Virus record (IMG/VR): IMGVR_UViG_3300009159_000056
Coordinates: 19,992-83,991 of that record
Origin: a virus
Reading direction: 5' to 3' (one strand)
DNA: 64,000 nucleotides
The stretch's first letter is position 1, and every line of letters begins with the position of its first letter. The translations under genes and the position numbers were made by a program. This document shows positions 41,008 to 49,710 of this stretch, piece after piece. The notes beneath the pieces are model-generated. The model saw nothing but the letters and a program-made list of their open reading frames with translations. It was not told where the DNA came from and searched no databases.

Positions 41008-41093
41008 TTGTATTCTCCATATTTGATGTATTGTTAATATTGATCGTATGTTTTGTTGGACTGTATAAGCGCCCAACATTATTTATTATAGCC

Positions 41094-41675
41094 CTATTGA
41101 CCGAATTTGTCAAGAACAATCTTCTTCGCCTTCTCTTTATCGTACTCAAGAAATGGACGATACTTCATAATTTTGTTCAGGATTTCTTCGACAGTAGGGT
41201 CGTACACGAACTTCTTCGACCAGTAAGATGCACACCTAACTAGATCGACGAGGATCACCAATGTTTCGAGGCTGATTTCTTTTCGAATGAACAGCTTCAA
41301 TACATATGGATGGGTTTGGTTTTCAGCTTTGAAGTTAGAATCGAAATTCTCATTCAGCTTAGACAATTCTTCTTTGAACATATACATCAGCGACTGTTGA
41401 CGCTTGTTCCAATCCTTATATACCTCCTCTGCAGAAAGAGAAAAGGCAATTTCTTTTATCCAAATTTTCGGGTTTTCGACGAGATTAGATAAAATATAGT
41501 TTCGTGGGTCGGGGTGTTTTGCGACCTTCATAAAGTATAGCTTATCTTTTCTGACATCGAATGAGTCGAACGATAGGCGACTTTTGCCATTGTATTTGTG
41601 ATAATTGTATGATGGTTTGGTGAAGTGGTTCTTAAGAGCCACATACTCTTTGTAGCATTCGAAGGCTGACATCAT
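41094..41675 (-). CDS. Helicase loader gp59
   Basis: YVALKNHFT...YNYHKYNGK...F..RKDK.YF.K; ISLETLVIL; KYRPFL; upstream of gp32. Confidence 0.85.
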   Translation of the reverse strand: MMSAFECYKEYVALKNHFTKPSYNYHKYNGKSRLSFDSFDVRKDKLYFMKVAKHPDPRNYILSNLVENPKIWIKEIAFSLSAEEVYKDWNKRQQSLMYMFKEELSKLNENFDSNFKAENQTHPYVLKLFIRKEISLETLVILVDLVRCASYWSKKFVYDPTVEEILNKIMKYRPFLEYDKEKAKKIVLDKFGQ

Positions 41676-41953
41676 ACACTTACTTTGTTGTAGTACTCTG
41701 CGAAGAAATTACCAAGCTCTTTATCCATCAAATGACCAGCACCGTTTTCAGAAACGTAAGTTAGATACAGCTGCCAAATTTTCTTATCAAGAGCTTCGAA
41801 GGTTTCGAACTTTGATTCGTTCTTACCTTCCATAACAGTATACCCCTTTTCTTCGAGATAATCTACTAAATCTTGTTCGTCAAAATCATCGAGGTCAAAA
41901 TCTACATCCACCTCTACGCACGCTGTTCTTCTTGTGCTACGATAGCCCATCAC
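41672..41953 (-). CDS. Hypothetical protein
   Basis: Acidic 93-aa ORF coupled to neighbours. Confidence 0.6.
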   Translation of the reverse strand: MMGYRSTRRTACVEVDVDFDLDDFDEQDLVDYLEEKGYTVMEGKNESKFETFEALDKKIWQLYLTYVSENGAGHLMDKELGNFFAEYYNKVSV

Positions 41954-42402
41954 TTCTTCCTTTCATGATTTAGATAGCGAATGTATAACCCTTTCTCGCG
42001 CCCATGAGCCTCTATCTCCCATGGGAAATCCCAGTAGTCAACTACTTCAGGATCGATTATTTCAGACTTCCATTTGCTCTTATTGCTTCGCACATAGTCT
42101 CTTAACTCGCCCTTAGCATATTGCTTCACATGAACCATCTCATGCGCGAGGGCGAGAAGCATATTACGTTTACCCAAAGATGCATCTACTGTTATCGTAA
42201 ATTCTTTACCTCTGTGATTGCTGTCTTCCCATTCACAAAAAGCATATTCATTTTTCTTGGTTAACTCTTTATCAAAGAGAAGAGTTACATCAACTCTATG
42301 ATAAAGAATTTCTCCCAGAAGATGTCTACCGTAAAATTTCAACGCTTCTTTGCAGGTCTTCAGTTGGACTTTATTTGGTTTACCGATGGTCTTGAGGTAC
42401 AT
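41950..42402 (-). CDS. HExxH zinc metallopeptidase-like protein
   Basis: LAHEMVHVKQY...PWEIEA. Confidence 0.75.
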   Translation of the reverse strand: MYLKTIGKPNKVQLKTCKEALKFYGRHLLGEILYHRVDVTLLFDKELTKKNEYAFCEWEDSNHRGKEFTITVDASLGKRNMLLALAHEMVHVKQYAKGELRDYVRSNKSKWKSEIIDPEVVDYWDFPWEIEAHGREKGLYIRYLNHERKK

Positions 42403-42436
42403 GCTAGTCTCCTCATTTTGGTGATTCCCATAATAT

Positions 42437-43708
42437 TTATGGAGCCAAATTTTTCATGTATGACCGTTGATAATCAGTCAGGATAGGCTTGATTGGTAGA
42501 AGCTTATCGATAATGTTGAGTGCATTCTTAACAGGCTTTTGACCTGTGTGGTCGAACCATTCATAATCATCGAAAATTATAACACCATTATCCTTTAGCA
42601 AATGGAAAGCTGCCAACGCATCTGAAATAACAACATCAGTCGAATGATTACCATCGATGTAGATAAAATCGAACTTCTTCTCTAACTTTAAAAAAGAAGG
42701 GAGAGCAACACGACTATCGCTTTGATATGTGCCGATCTTTTCACCATTTTTAGACAGAGCAATATTTTTAGAATAACACTGAAGCAACCTATCTTTTGGA
42801 GATCCTGGATGCTCTATCCAGTCTTCGAATGTATCGATAACAGTGATTCTCGAATCAAGATCGAGGAGTATATTGTCAGACATCCAACAGGTAGACCTAC
42901 CTTCGTACGCCCCAACTTCCAAAATTTGGATTGGTCCATCAGTATCGATATTAGCCAGCTTGAATGTTTCAAGCCAATGAGGAATATGTTGTGTAAACAT
43001 ATCTAACGTAAATTCATATTCAGTAGTAGGCGTCAAGAGATCTTGATCAGCAACACCTTCTAGGAACTTAGGATAGTAGCGATAATTGGTAGTGTCGGGA
43101 GTATTAAAATTAAACGATCTACGATGATTACCAATTTCTGAAATAACGAAAGCAGGATCAACAACCTTTAGCTTCATATGGAACTTGTTCTTAAGACCAA
43201 GCAATCCATCGATAGGCATTTCGATAAGCTTGATCTTATCAAGGTAATCAAGCATCATTCGTGCAGTCGCTGGCGTAATGGCATACGCATGAGCGCCCTT
43301 GAAGAACTCAGTATCGATGTAATCGATATCATTCGCATATTGAGTTGGAAATACGTATGATGACCGATCGAGAAGACGTGGGCCAAGGCAAAGGATTTCG
43401 CCATCACCAACAGTCAGGTTACTATAATCAGCTACCGCTACACAGTCATGCTCGAGGACAACACCAACCTCATCAGAGGCAGCAATCTTCTCCCAGATCT
43501 TGAAGTGACCAACAGTGCCACAATACTCTGATGCATAGTCAGTTGTTCGAATATGCAATCCTGTTTGGCGGCTTAGTTCGCGATTCTGTTTACCAGAAAT
43601 ACCCTCGAACAACTCAGCATCACAATTAAATTGTTTGCAGCTATCCAAACAATCAGCAGCGTAGGTAGGCGATTCGCCTCGTTCAATGTATAGAATATAA
43701 GTTTTCAT
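42437..43708 (-). CDS. Fusion of GT25-like glycosyltransferase and class I SAM methyltransferase (Methyltransf_24-like)
   Basis: N-half: GHFKIWEKI...VVLEHD...GAHAYAITP..A; C-half: ILEVGAYEGRS...FDFIYIDGNH...GVIIFDDY. Confidence 0.75.
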   Translation of the reverse strand: MKTYILYIERGESPTYAADCLDSCKQFNCDAELFEGISGKQNRELSRQTGLHIRTTDYASEYCGTVGHFKIWEKIAASDEVGVVLEHDCVAVADYSNLTVGDGEILCLGPRLLDRSSYVFPTQYANDIDYIDTEFFKGAHAYAITPATARMMLDYLDKIKLIEMPIDGLLGLKNKFHMKLKVVDPAFVISEIGNHRRSFNFNTPDTTNYRYYPKFLEGVADQDLLTPTTEYEFTLDMFTQHIPHWLETFKLANIDTDGPIQILEVGAYEGRSTCWMSDNILLDLDSRITVIDTFEDWIEHPGSPKDRLLQCYSKNIALSKNGEKIGTYQSDSRVALPSFLKLEKKFDFIYIDGNHSTDVVISDALAAFHLLKDNGVIIFDDYEWFDHTGQKPVKNALNIIDKLLPIKPILTDYQRSYMKNLAP

Positions 43709-43929
43709 ATCGGCAATCTAGCTCCACGTTTCAAAATATTAAGGTTTTCTGCTTCAACTTGAATTTTTTCTCTGATGGCTGGATCTTTCTTTATCAAAGA
43801 AGCAGCATACTCAACCTCGAGCTTATTTGTTTCGCACCAGTGGACTACTGCATCGATGTAGTCCATATTCTTGGTTCGGCAGAGCTTTTCAACATCATCA
43901 ATAAAATTAGTGTTCACCTGAATCATCAT
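43705..43929 (-). CDS. Late transcription coactivator gp33
   Basis: MDYIDAVVHWCE...EVE..ASLI...EKIQVEAENLNILK...LPI. Confidence 0.85.
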   Translation of the reverse strand: MMIQVNTNFIDDVEKLCRTKNMDYIDAVVHWCETNKLEVEYAASLIKKDPAIREKIQVEAENLNILKRGARLPI

Positions 43930-44119
43930 TATACCCTTTGATCAATTTTATTCCAAATGTAATCATATCACTGGTCATCAGTGTACAAAAAACGATTCCT
44001 GCTAGCTCAAGGTAACTGGGATATTTAGCAAGGTAAATTACCCCATAAAACATAAATTGCGCCAGAACGACCAATAGGACGCCCACAGGGACATCCTTCA
44101 CAAACTTAGATTTTTCCAT
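43907..44119 (-). CDS. Small membrane protein
   Basis: Two hydrophobic segments. Confidence 0.55.
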   Translation of the reverse strand: MEKSKFVKDVPVGVLLVVLAQFMFYGVIYLAKYPSYLELAGIVFCTLMTSDMITFGIKLIKGYNDDSGEH

Positions 44120-44130
44120 AAAATTATCCG

Positions 44131-44310
44131 TCAGTTTTTGTATCTGGACTCAATTTCTTTGAGACGCTTTGCCAAATACTCCATAACAACTACAACGTTT
44201 TCGTCGATTTGATCAGGCGTTTCGAACTCAAGAACTTTCAATACATTTTGAAGCTCATCATGAAAGGCTGCTTTTTTTAAAGTGTCAACCGAATACTGAT
44301 ACGTGTTCAT
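44131..44310 (-). CDS. Hypothetical protein (59 aa)
   Basis: MNTYQYSVDTLKK...; AGGAG RBS; below the ORF-track cutoff. Confidence 0.6.
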   Translation of the reverse strand: MNTYQYSVDTLKKAAFHDELQNVLKVLEFETPDQIDENVVVVMEYLAKRLKEIESRYKN

Positions 44311-44332
44311 TGAAGTACTCCTTGCTTAAATG

Positions 44333-44363
44333 AAAAATGGCTGGTGTTTTATCCAGCCATTTT
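44333..44363. terminator. Intrinsic terminator after the OMP gene
   Basis: AAAATGGCTGG-N8-CCAGCCATTTT. Confidence 0.75.
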
Positions 44364-44377
44364 GTTTTTTGCGGAGA

Positions 44378-44914
44378 TCAGAACTTGTAGTTCGCACCAA
44401 GAGTAAAGCGGTTATCCTCGCCCTTCATCTTTTGATCGATGGCGTCAGAATAACGGTAGCGAGCGTCAAGCTCGATATTCTTGGCAAAGTCATACTTAAC
44501 GCCGCCACCTACGTTGTAGATTGCACGATTCTTAAGAATGTTATTCCATGTGTACCCTGCACCAGCGAGACCATAGGCAGTGAAATCAGTGCCAGGAACC
44601 TTAAACTGTGGGAGAGCATTGACAGAAAATTCGTTAAGCTTTTCGTGCTTGGTGCCGACCTTATCCTTCTTGTATCCGAAATCATATGCAGCTTCTACTG
44701 CGAGATATGGAAGGACATTTGTACCAGCTGAAATACCGCCTGAATAGACCTGATGGTCAGCGCTATTTACGCCAACGTTAACACCAGCAAAATAATTTGT
44801 CTGAGTGAATGTTGGAGCGGGTGCAGCTGGAGTAGTCTTGCTAGGTAGATCTGAAGCGACAGCTGAAGTAGCTGCAACAACGAGAATAGCAAGAGTAGTG
44901 AATGTACGCTTCAT
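44378..44914 (-). CDS. Outer-membrane 8-stranded beta-barrel protein (Omp25/RopB-like)
   Basis: Signal peptide then ASDLPSKTTPAAP; Y.G.N.G; YGLAGAGY; VGGGVKYDF; terminal GANYKF. Confidence 0.85.
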   Translation of the reverse strand: MKRTFTTLAILVVAATSAVASDLPSKTTPAAPAPTFTQTNYFAGVNVGVNSADHQVYSGGISAGTNVLPYLAVEAAYDFGYKKDKVGTKHEKLNEFSVNALPQFKVPGTDFTAYGLAGAGYTWNNILKNRAIYNVGGGVKYDFAKNIELDARYRYSDAIDQKMKGEDNRFTLGANYKF

Positions 44915-44951
44915 ATTTTATTTCCTTTTCGTTTGTTAAACACACATAATA

Positions 44952-45028
44952 TGGCGGTTCCTGAAGGATTCGAACCCTCGACCCACGGAGTAGAAATCCG
45001 TTGCTCTATCCAGCTGAGCTAAGGAACC
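44952..45028 (-). tRNA. tRNA-Arg(UCU)
   Basis: Cloverleaf; anticodon arm ACGGA-TTTCTAC-TCCGT; GGTTCGAATC T-arm; encoded CCA. Confidence 0.9.
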
Positions 45029-45037
45029 TTGATAAAT

Positions 45038-45318
45038 TGAGGGGATTCTGTTTCCAAGCTCCCCTCCGGCTCATGTTAGGCAGCTAGTGCCAAACGAGAT
45101 GCATTGTTATCGTTTGCATTTACGAGTTTACTTAGTCTAATCGTAACTTTACTACAACCCATCGAGCCTATTTCGCCCCCATCAAAAGCACTACCCGACT
45201 TATATTCCCCTGCATACGTCATTTCTGGTGCAGCTAATGCGTTAGTGCTTGTGGTGGAGGCGTGGGGTACTGCCCCCCAGTCTGGATCGTCTATTTCGAA
45301 CGCCTCAACAACCAAGCA
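45038..45318 (-). ncRNA. ssrA: Two-piece (circularly permuted) alphaproteobacterial-type tmRNA
   Basis: Acceptor piece ends GACTGGGGGGCAGTACCCCACGCCTCCACCA (3' end at 45252); coding piece starts GGGGGCGAAATAGGCTCGA (45180); tag ANDNNASRLALAA* at 45117-45076; outer boundaries approximate. Confidence 0.9.
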
Positions 45319-45321
45319 ATG

Positions 45322-45355
45322 TATTTATAATAGCTGAAACCGTGGGAAAAGTCAA
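45322..45355 (-). promoter_or_regulatory. Overlapping sigma70-type and T4 late promoters for tmRNA/tRNA
   Basis: TTGACT-N17-TATTAT overlapping TATAAATA. Confidence 0.75.
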
Positions 45356-45582
45356 GTGATTTTTGAAATATTATTTCTACCCATCGTAGTATTTACTCTT
45401 GCTCGAATTAATGCATTCTCCCAAGTCCAACATTCACCTGAATCATCCTGGAAGCATACCCACATCAGGTCGTGTTCAGGTCCATAATCAATAAGGAAGT
45501 GGGCTAACCCACGACCTTTCGGAGTCATTAATGGAATTGGTGGATCCAACCGAGTAATCATTCGGTAACGATCCGCTTCCAT
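45352..45582 (-). CDS. Conserved phage hypothetical protein
   Basis: PPIPLMTPKG.G.AHFLIDYGPEHDL.WVCF...GECWTW. Confidence 0.65.
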   Translation of the reverse strand: MEADRYRMITRLDPPIPLMTPKGRGLAHFLIDYGPEHDLMWVCFQDDSGECWTWENALIRARVNTTMGRNNISKIT

Positions 45583-45953
45583 TCTTGGTTAATCTTCAAC
45601 CAGAGGTGACCATCTTTACCAACAGACATAGCAACTCTGGTTTCTTCGTCAAAATTTTGATCGGCTTCTACTTCCATGCCCTTACCAATAGTCAGTTTAT
45701 TATTGGTAGGCCAATTGCCAATGGTGACATAGTTATCAACATATTCTTTGGGAATGCTCATAGAGAACTCATTCCACTGAGGATACTTTACTCGTGGACG
45801 AGGCGGTGGAGGCGGTGGCTTATGTGCAGCCAGAGTCATCAATGCTTTATCAGGAGCCATTGACACTGGTGGTGCCTTTGCCATTGCCTCCGCTGCCATC
45901 ACCATACCAATAGGAGCAGCGGGAAGAAAACTAAAAAATGCTCTACGATTCAT
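45558..45953 (-). CDS. Protein with twin-arginine (Tat)-like signal peptide
   Basis: MNRRAFFSFL...AEAMA; Pro-rich linker. Confidence 0.6.
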   Translation of the reverse strand: MNRRAFFSFLPAAPIGMVMAAEAMAKAPPVSMAPDKALMTLAAHKPPPPPPRPRVKYPQWNEFSMSIPKEYVDNYVTIGNWPTNNKLTIGKGMEVEADQNFDEETRVAMSVGKDGHLWLKINQEWKRIVTE

Positions 45954-45965
45954 ATCAACTCCTCT

Positions 45966-46142
45966 CTATTTTATCACACAACGAGTCTGGACGTTGGTGC
46001 TGGTCATCCAGCCCTTAACATCCTTAGCCATCTCTTGGACGACGATGGCCGCGACCTCACAAGCCTGCTGCCCTTTGTATTCCTGTTGGGAAACTGAAAC
46101 ACCATTATAGGCATTGATCACTACGATCAGGACATATAGCAT
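45966..46142 (-). CDS. Small exported/membrane hypothetical protein (58 aa)
   Basis: MLYVLIVVINAYNG...; GGAGG RBS; below the ORF-track cutoff. Confidence 0.5.
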   Translation of the reverse strand: MLYVLIVVINAYNGVSVSQQEYKGQQACEVAAIVVQEMAKDVKGWMTSTNVQTRCVIK

Positions 46143-46222
46143 CACTTAACCTCCTATAATCATCCCAAGCAGCATTATACCAATTGGTGCAGCTGGGAGG
46201 AAAGAGAAAAACGCTCTACGGT

Positions 46223-46471
46223 TCATGGATACGAATGCTCCTTGATGAAGGCATCAGCATCAGGACGGTACATATAGTACCGGAGAACGATTGCGATACC
46301 TTCAGCAGTTTCCCTATGCATCCAAAGATCCTCAACCTCAAAGTCGCGAAGGGGATCTTCCTTACACAACAGTCGAGCGATATCGTTTTGCTGCGAGATA
46401 TAATCTTGCTTCAACGTGTCGACAATGATCTTATCAACCATTGCAGTGTCAATTTCAAACTTCATCATCAT
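46223..46471 (-). CDS. Hypothetical protein
   Basis: Start MMMKFEID with GAGGAG RBS. Confidence 0.6.
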   Translation of the reverse strand: MMMKFEIDTAMVDKIIVDTLKQDYISQQNDIARLLCKEDPLRDFEVEDLWMHRETAEGIAIVLRYYMYRPDADAFIKEHSYP

Positions 46472-46664
46472 TCTCCTCGATTTCAGTTTCCCAATAGCGA
46501 CTATAGAAGTGGTCACCACATGCATCAATCTCAGCCTGAGGATACCCCTGCTCAACCAACCATTCAAGCACTCGACCCTTCGAAGCCTGAAGATCAATTG
46601 GCATAGGGAATCCATACTTCCACCCAGAAGGTGGATCAATCATCATTACTGTTTTCTTAGCCAT
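46455..46664 (-). CDS. Hypothetical protein
   Basis: IDPPSGWKYGFP...WLVEQGYP; coupled ORF. Confidence 0.65.
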   Translation of the reverse strand: MAKKTVMMIDPPSGWKYGFPMPIDLQASKGRVLEWLVEQGYPQAEIDACGDHFYSRYWETEIEENDDEV

Positions 46665-46875
46665 CAGTTAACCCCTTCACGATGTTTATTATCGTAACTT
46701 CGTCTTCGTATGAATCATTAAATCCAACTTCCCAAGCTTCCCAGAGCAAGTAGTCAGCTCTATCATTATATGGATTCTCAGGAAATATATCCAGCCTGAC
46801 ATCGCCAAATTTGATAGCGCTGTAACCATTGATATACGCTTCTCGTTCTGCCTGACTAGCATTGTATGTCATCAC
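46657..46875 (-). CDS. Hypothetical protein
   Basis: NPY...WE.GF motif; coupled ORF. Confidence 0.55.
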   Translation of the reverse strand: MMTYNASQAEREAYINGYSAIKFGDVRLDIFPENPYNDRADYLLWEAWEVGFNDSYEDEVTIINIVKGLTDG

Positions 46876-48002
46876 ATCACCTTCAACAGCACAGTATTTT
46901 CGTTGATTCGAAGCTGAAGTGGTTTATCGGTCTTCAACTCTTCCATCAACTTTCTAAGGACTATTTTACCTGATTTTTGCAGTTTGTCAAGAACTATTTC
47001 AGCCTGACGACCTGTTCCCTTACTCAGGCTAGTCGATTCATCATAATTGATGATGCTTGTTCCCTTGACTTGAAGTCCACCACGATCGATAGCACGAAAC
47101 ACCGTGACGATCTTGTACTTGGTGTTGAACGTCCATAGCTCCTGTGCACCGATAATCTTCTCCGGATTGATCGAGGCAATCTTGTATTCGTTGTTCTCCT
47201 TCTGGTACTTGAGGTTCTTCAGCTTCTTGTCCATCGAAATAGTGCGAGGCTTCCGAGGTGCGCGAGTCTTCTTCGTCACATTACCGTAGCGAGAGGCGTC
47301 ATCGATCAGCTTGTTGAAGAACAAGATACGTTCCTTCAACTCCTTTCGGTTCATATAGCTGTATGCCTCCTTGAGTTGATCGTCCTTGCCTTCGTACGCC
47401 TGAATGAGCTCATCAAGCCAAGGAGCGTAATAATCGACTATAGCTTGACAGTAGGCAGCAGGAATCGCCTTCGCCTTCAGCCAATCGTAAAGGTTAAGCT
47501 CATTATTGTCAAGATCGAGTAGTTCTTCGATATCGCCGATAATTTCGCTCTGACGGTCCCTCATACGGTCCTGAATTGACCGTTTGGAGGCGGCTAGGGA
47601 GCCTTCTGACGTCTCTTCCTCGGCTCGGGCTACCCTGGCCAGAGCTTCTGCCAGTTTCTCCTCTAGGAAGCCTCCCTCGGACGGGACTTCAAAGCCACGG
47701 TCAAGCAGTCGGCAACGCCAAGCTACAGTCGTAGGAACCCAGCAATTGTCAAGCTTGGCAAGAAGCTTGACCTCAGCTTTACGGTTACGCTTGGTGAGGT
47801 AGTCAGTGATGTACTGACGTGCATCACCATTGTCGCACATTGCATTGTACCAATTCAGCGCCAGCCCATATTCGCCTGATGTCATAGCGCCAAGGAACTC
47901 TGGCTCGTCGCCCATATACTTACGGTTGACCAAGTACGATTCGCTACGTGAGATGCGATTCGTCTTAGGCTTCTTAGCTATCATTGCTGCGCGACGTGCC
48001 AT
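46872..48002 (-). CDS. Conserved T4-like hypothetical protein
   Basis: 376 aa; LKEAYS...SINPEKIIGAQELWTFNTKY...VKGTSI...RINENTVLLKV. Confidence 0.75.
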   Translation of the reverse strand: MARRAAMIAKKPKTNRISRSESYLVNRKYMGDEPEFLGAMTSGEYGLALNWYNAMCDNGDARQYITDYLTKRNRKAEVKLLAKLDNCWVPTTVAWRCRLLDRGFEVPSEGGFLEEKLAEALARVARAEEETSEGSLAASKRSIQDRMRDRQSEIIGDIEELLDLDNNELNLYDWLKAKAIPAAYCQAIVDYYAPWLDELIQAYEGKDDQLKEAYSYMNRKELKERILFFNKLIDDASRYGNVTKKTRAPRKPRTISMDKKLKNLKYQKENNEYKIASINPEKIIGAQELWTFNTKYKIVTVFRAIDRGGLQVKGTSIINYDESTSLSKGTGRQAEIVLDKLQKSGKIVLRKLMEELKTDKPLQLRINENTVLLKVM

Positions 48003-48011
48003 TTGTTTCTC

Positions 48012-48236
48012 CTATCGGTCGAAGGTAAAATATGCATCTACCATTGCTTGGATCTCTGGATCCGTATCTTTGTAGTAATCTTCATCCATGATGGAAAGCA
48101 GGACTTCCTCATAATCAAGAACGTCCAAGATATCCTTACACATTAGAAGATACTGATAGCCATACTTAGGTTTCTGTACTGGCTTACCATCGATATTAAC
48201 AACGCCCTCGAGAGTGGGAAACTGGATTATCTGCAT
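48012..48236 (-). CDS. Hypothetical protein
   Basis: Coupled to the upstream gene. Confidence 0.6.
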   Translation of the reverse strand: MQIIQFPTLEGVVNIDGKPVQKPKYGYQYLLMCKDILDVLDYEEVLLSIMDEDYYKDTDPEIQAMVDAYFTFDR

Positions 48237-49195
48237 CAGACAGCCTCCGCCATTTCAACTGCAGTCTCAAGAGCCTTGGTCTTGACACCCTTATGATAAC
48301 CGTACCAAGCAGACTGGAGACGATTATCGGCGTTACGACCATGGAGGTGGTCGGTCACATAGGTAACAGCATTGAAAGCCTGCCACCAAGTACCAGGAGC
48401 GAACTCTGCACCAGGCTGCTTCTCGAGCACGTCAAGAGCCAACTCAGCGTTCTTCGAAACTTCCTTCTTCTTCTTATCATTCGCACCAGACACAGGGAAG
48501 ATGCGAGTGAAGTACTCAACGATGTTCTCGTCATTGTAACGCTTCGAACCAAGGAAAGAAGCCATCTCCTTGTACTGAGCAAGCTTATCGTGAGCGATAC
48601 CCAGCATACCCTTCACGTCCTCAGGATTGAAGACCTTGCGATGGCTGATCTTTGCCATCTGCTCAACCTTGCTGTTCAGCGACAGCGTCAGGGTGTTATT
48701 ACAAACGACACGGATAGGAGTGAAGCGAACGTCAGTCGAATGACCATACTTATGGAAGTTGGAGAACAGCAGGTAGGAGTCGATCTGGTCGCCCTTAAAC
48801 AGCGAGAACGACTCCTTCACCTTGGCGAGACCCCAAACGATCTGACCATCGCGAAGCGAACCAGCGGTATGCATTTCCATATCACCAGCAGCCACGAAGT
48901 CGTTGAAGAACTCGAACGCTTCCTGGTTCTGCACGGGATTCCAGTCATCAGAAACCACATCGAGGATCTTGTGATCCCTCGAGCGAACGAGAGCCGACTG
49001 ACCGATAGGCACGTTCACATCATTCACCTTGGCGTAGGCAGGAACCTTATCAACGGTCCAGTTGAGACCAGCCGCATCGAGCATTTGCTCAGGCGTCAGA
49101 TCATTCGGAACCTTAACACCAAGCCCATGCCACGGCACATCGCCAGCATAAGCCATTTGAGCCACACCATTCACTTCTTCAATCATATGAGCCAT
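48236..49195 (-). CDS. DUF932 family (TIGR03299 phage/plasmid-like) protein
   Basis: MAY.G.VPWHGLG...AGLNWTV...VQNQEAFEFF...TAGSL..G...FTPIRVVCNNTL...GTWWQAFNAVT. Confidence 0.85.
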   Translation of the reverse strand: MAHMIEEVNGVAQMAYAGDVPWHGLGVKVPNDLTPEQMLDAAGLNWTVDKVPAYAKVNDVNVPIGQSALVRSRDHKILDVVSDDWNPVQNQEAFEFFNDFVAAGDMEMHTAGSLRDGQIVWGLAKVKESFSLFKGDQIDSYLLFSNFHKYGHSTDVRFTPIRVVCNNTLTLSLNSKVEQMAKISHRKVFNPEDVKGMLGIAHDKLAQYKEMASFLGSKRYNDENIVEYFTRIFPVSGANDKKKKEVSKNAELALDVLEKQPGAEFAPGTWWQAFNAVTYVTDHLHGRNADNRLQSAWYGYHKGVKTKALETAVEMAEAV

Positions 49196-49227
49196 TGGAG
49201 TTTTCCTTCTCATCAACCAATATCATC

Positions 49228-49256
49228 ATTATAGCACAGGCTTCTAAAAAAGTCAA
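49228..49256 (-). promoter_or_regulatory. Sigma70-type early promoter
   Basis: TTGACT-N17-TATAAT followed by a GGTTGATGA leader. Confidence 0.8.
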
Positions 49257-49477
49257 GCACTATTTTCATCGTCGTCTAGGTAGATATCTTCGTCAAGATC
49301 TGTGCTCCATTCAGGATACAGGTAGTTCTCGAGGAACAAAATTGCATTAGCAACAGCGTCCAAAGCCTCAGCCTGTTCAGTTCCAGCTTCGGCGTCAATC
49401 AGTTCATTGCAAAGATCAAGCAGCTGCTTGTTGATTGCTTCGATCGAGCGGGCGATGTTGAGTGGATCAATCGCCAT
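49253..49477 (-). CDS. Hypothetical acidic protein
   Basis: Start MAIDPLN with GGAG RBS. Confidence 0.55.
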   Translation of the reverse strand: MAIDPLNIARSIEAINKQLLDLCNELIDAEAGTEQAEALDAVANAILFLENYLYPEWSTDLDEDIYLDDDENSA

Positions 49478-49700
49478 CGGTGTTCTCCATATTACGGGCA
49501 AATTCGTACTCTTCTTCCTGCTGAAGCTCGTCAAAACGCTCGAGGTACAGGCGAGCATAAGAAGCCAACCGATACATGGCACGAGTTTCGTCTTCGCTCA
49601 GTTTCATCTCAGCGAAGCATCGCACTTCTTCCATCTCAGCGAAGCACTCTTTGAAAGAGAGTAGGGTATTGTGAAAACGGCAGTAAGACATATTAGCCAT
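49467..49700 (-). CDS. Hypothetical protein (MANMSYCRF family)
   Basis: MANMSYCRFHNT...LS.DE..A motif seen in phage early regions. Confidence 0.65.
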   Translation of the reverse strand: MANMSYCRFHNTLLSFKECFAEMEEVRCFAEMKLSEDETRAMYRLASYARLYLERFDELQQEEEYEFARNMENTDGD

Positions 49701-49710
49701 TGTGGATCTC

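Noticed and set aside
45076-45337. 79-aa (-) and 77-aa (+) ORFs
   Set aside because: They overlie the tmRNA; only the terminal ANDNNASRLALAA is meaningful, as the tag.
48293-49234. 313-aa plus-strand ORF (likewise 54680-55420)
   Set aside because: Antisense to well-supported genes (DUF932, RNase H); no recognisable motifs.
49604-49650. 15-nt repeat encoding CFAEM twice
   Set aside because: Small intragenic duplication with no further evidence of function.
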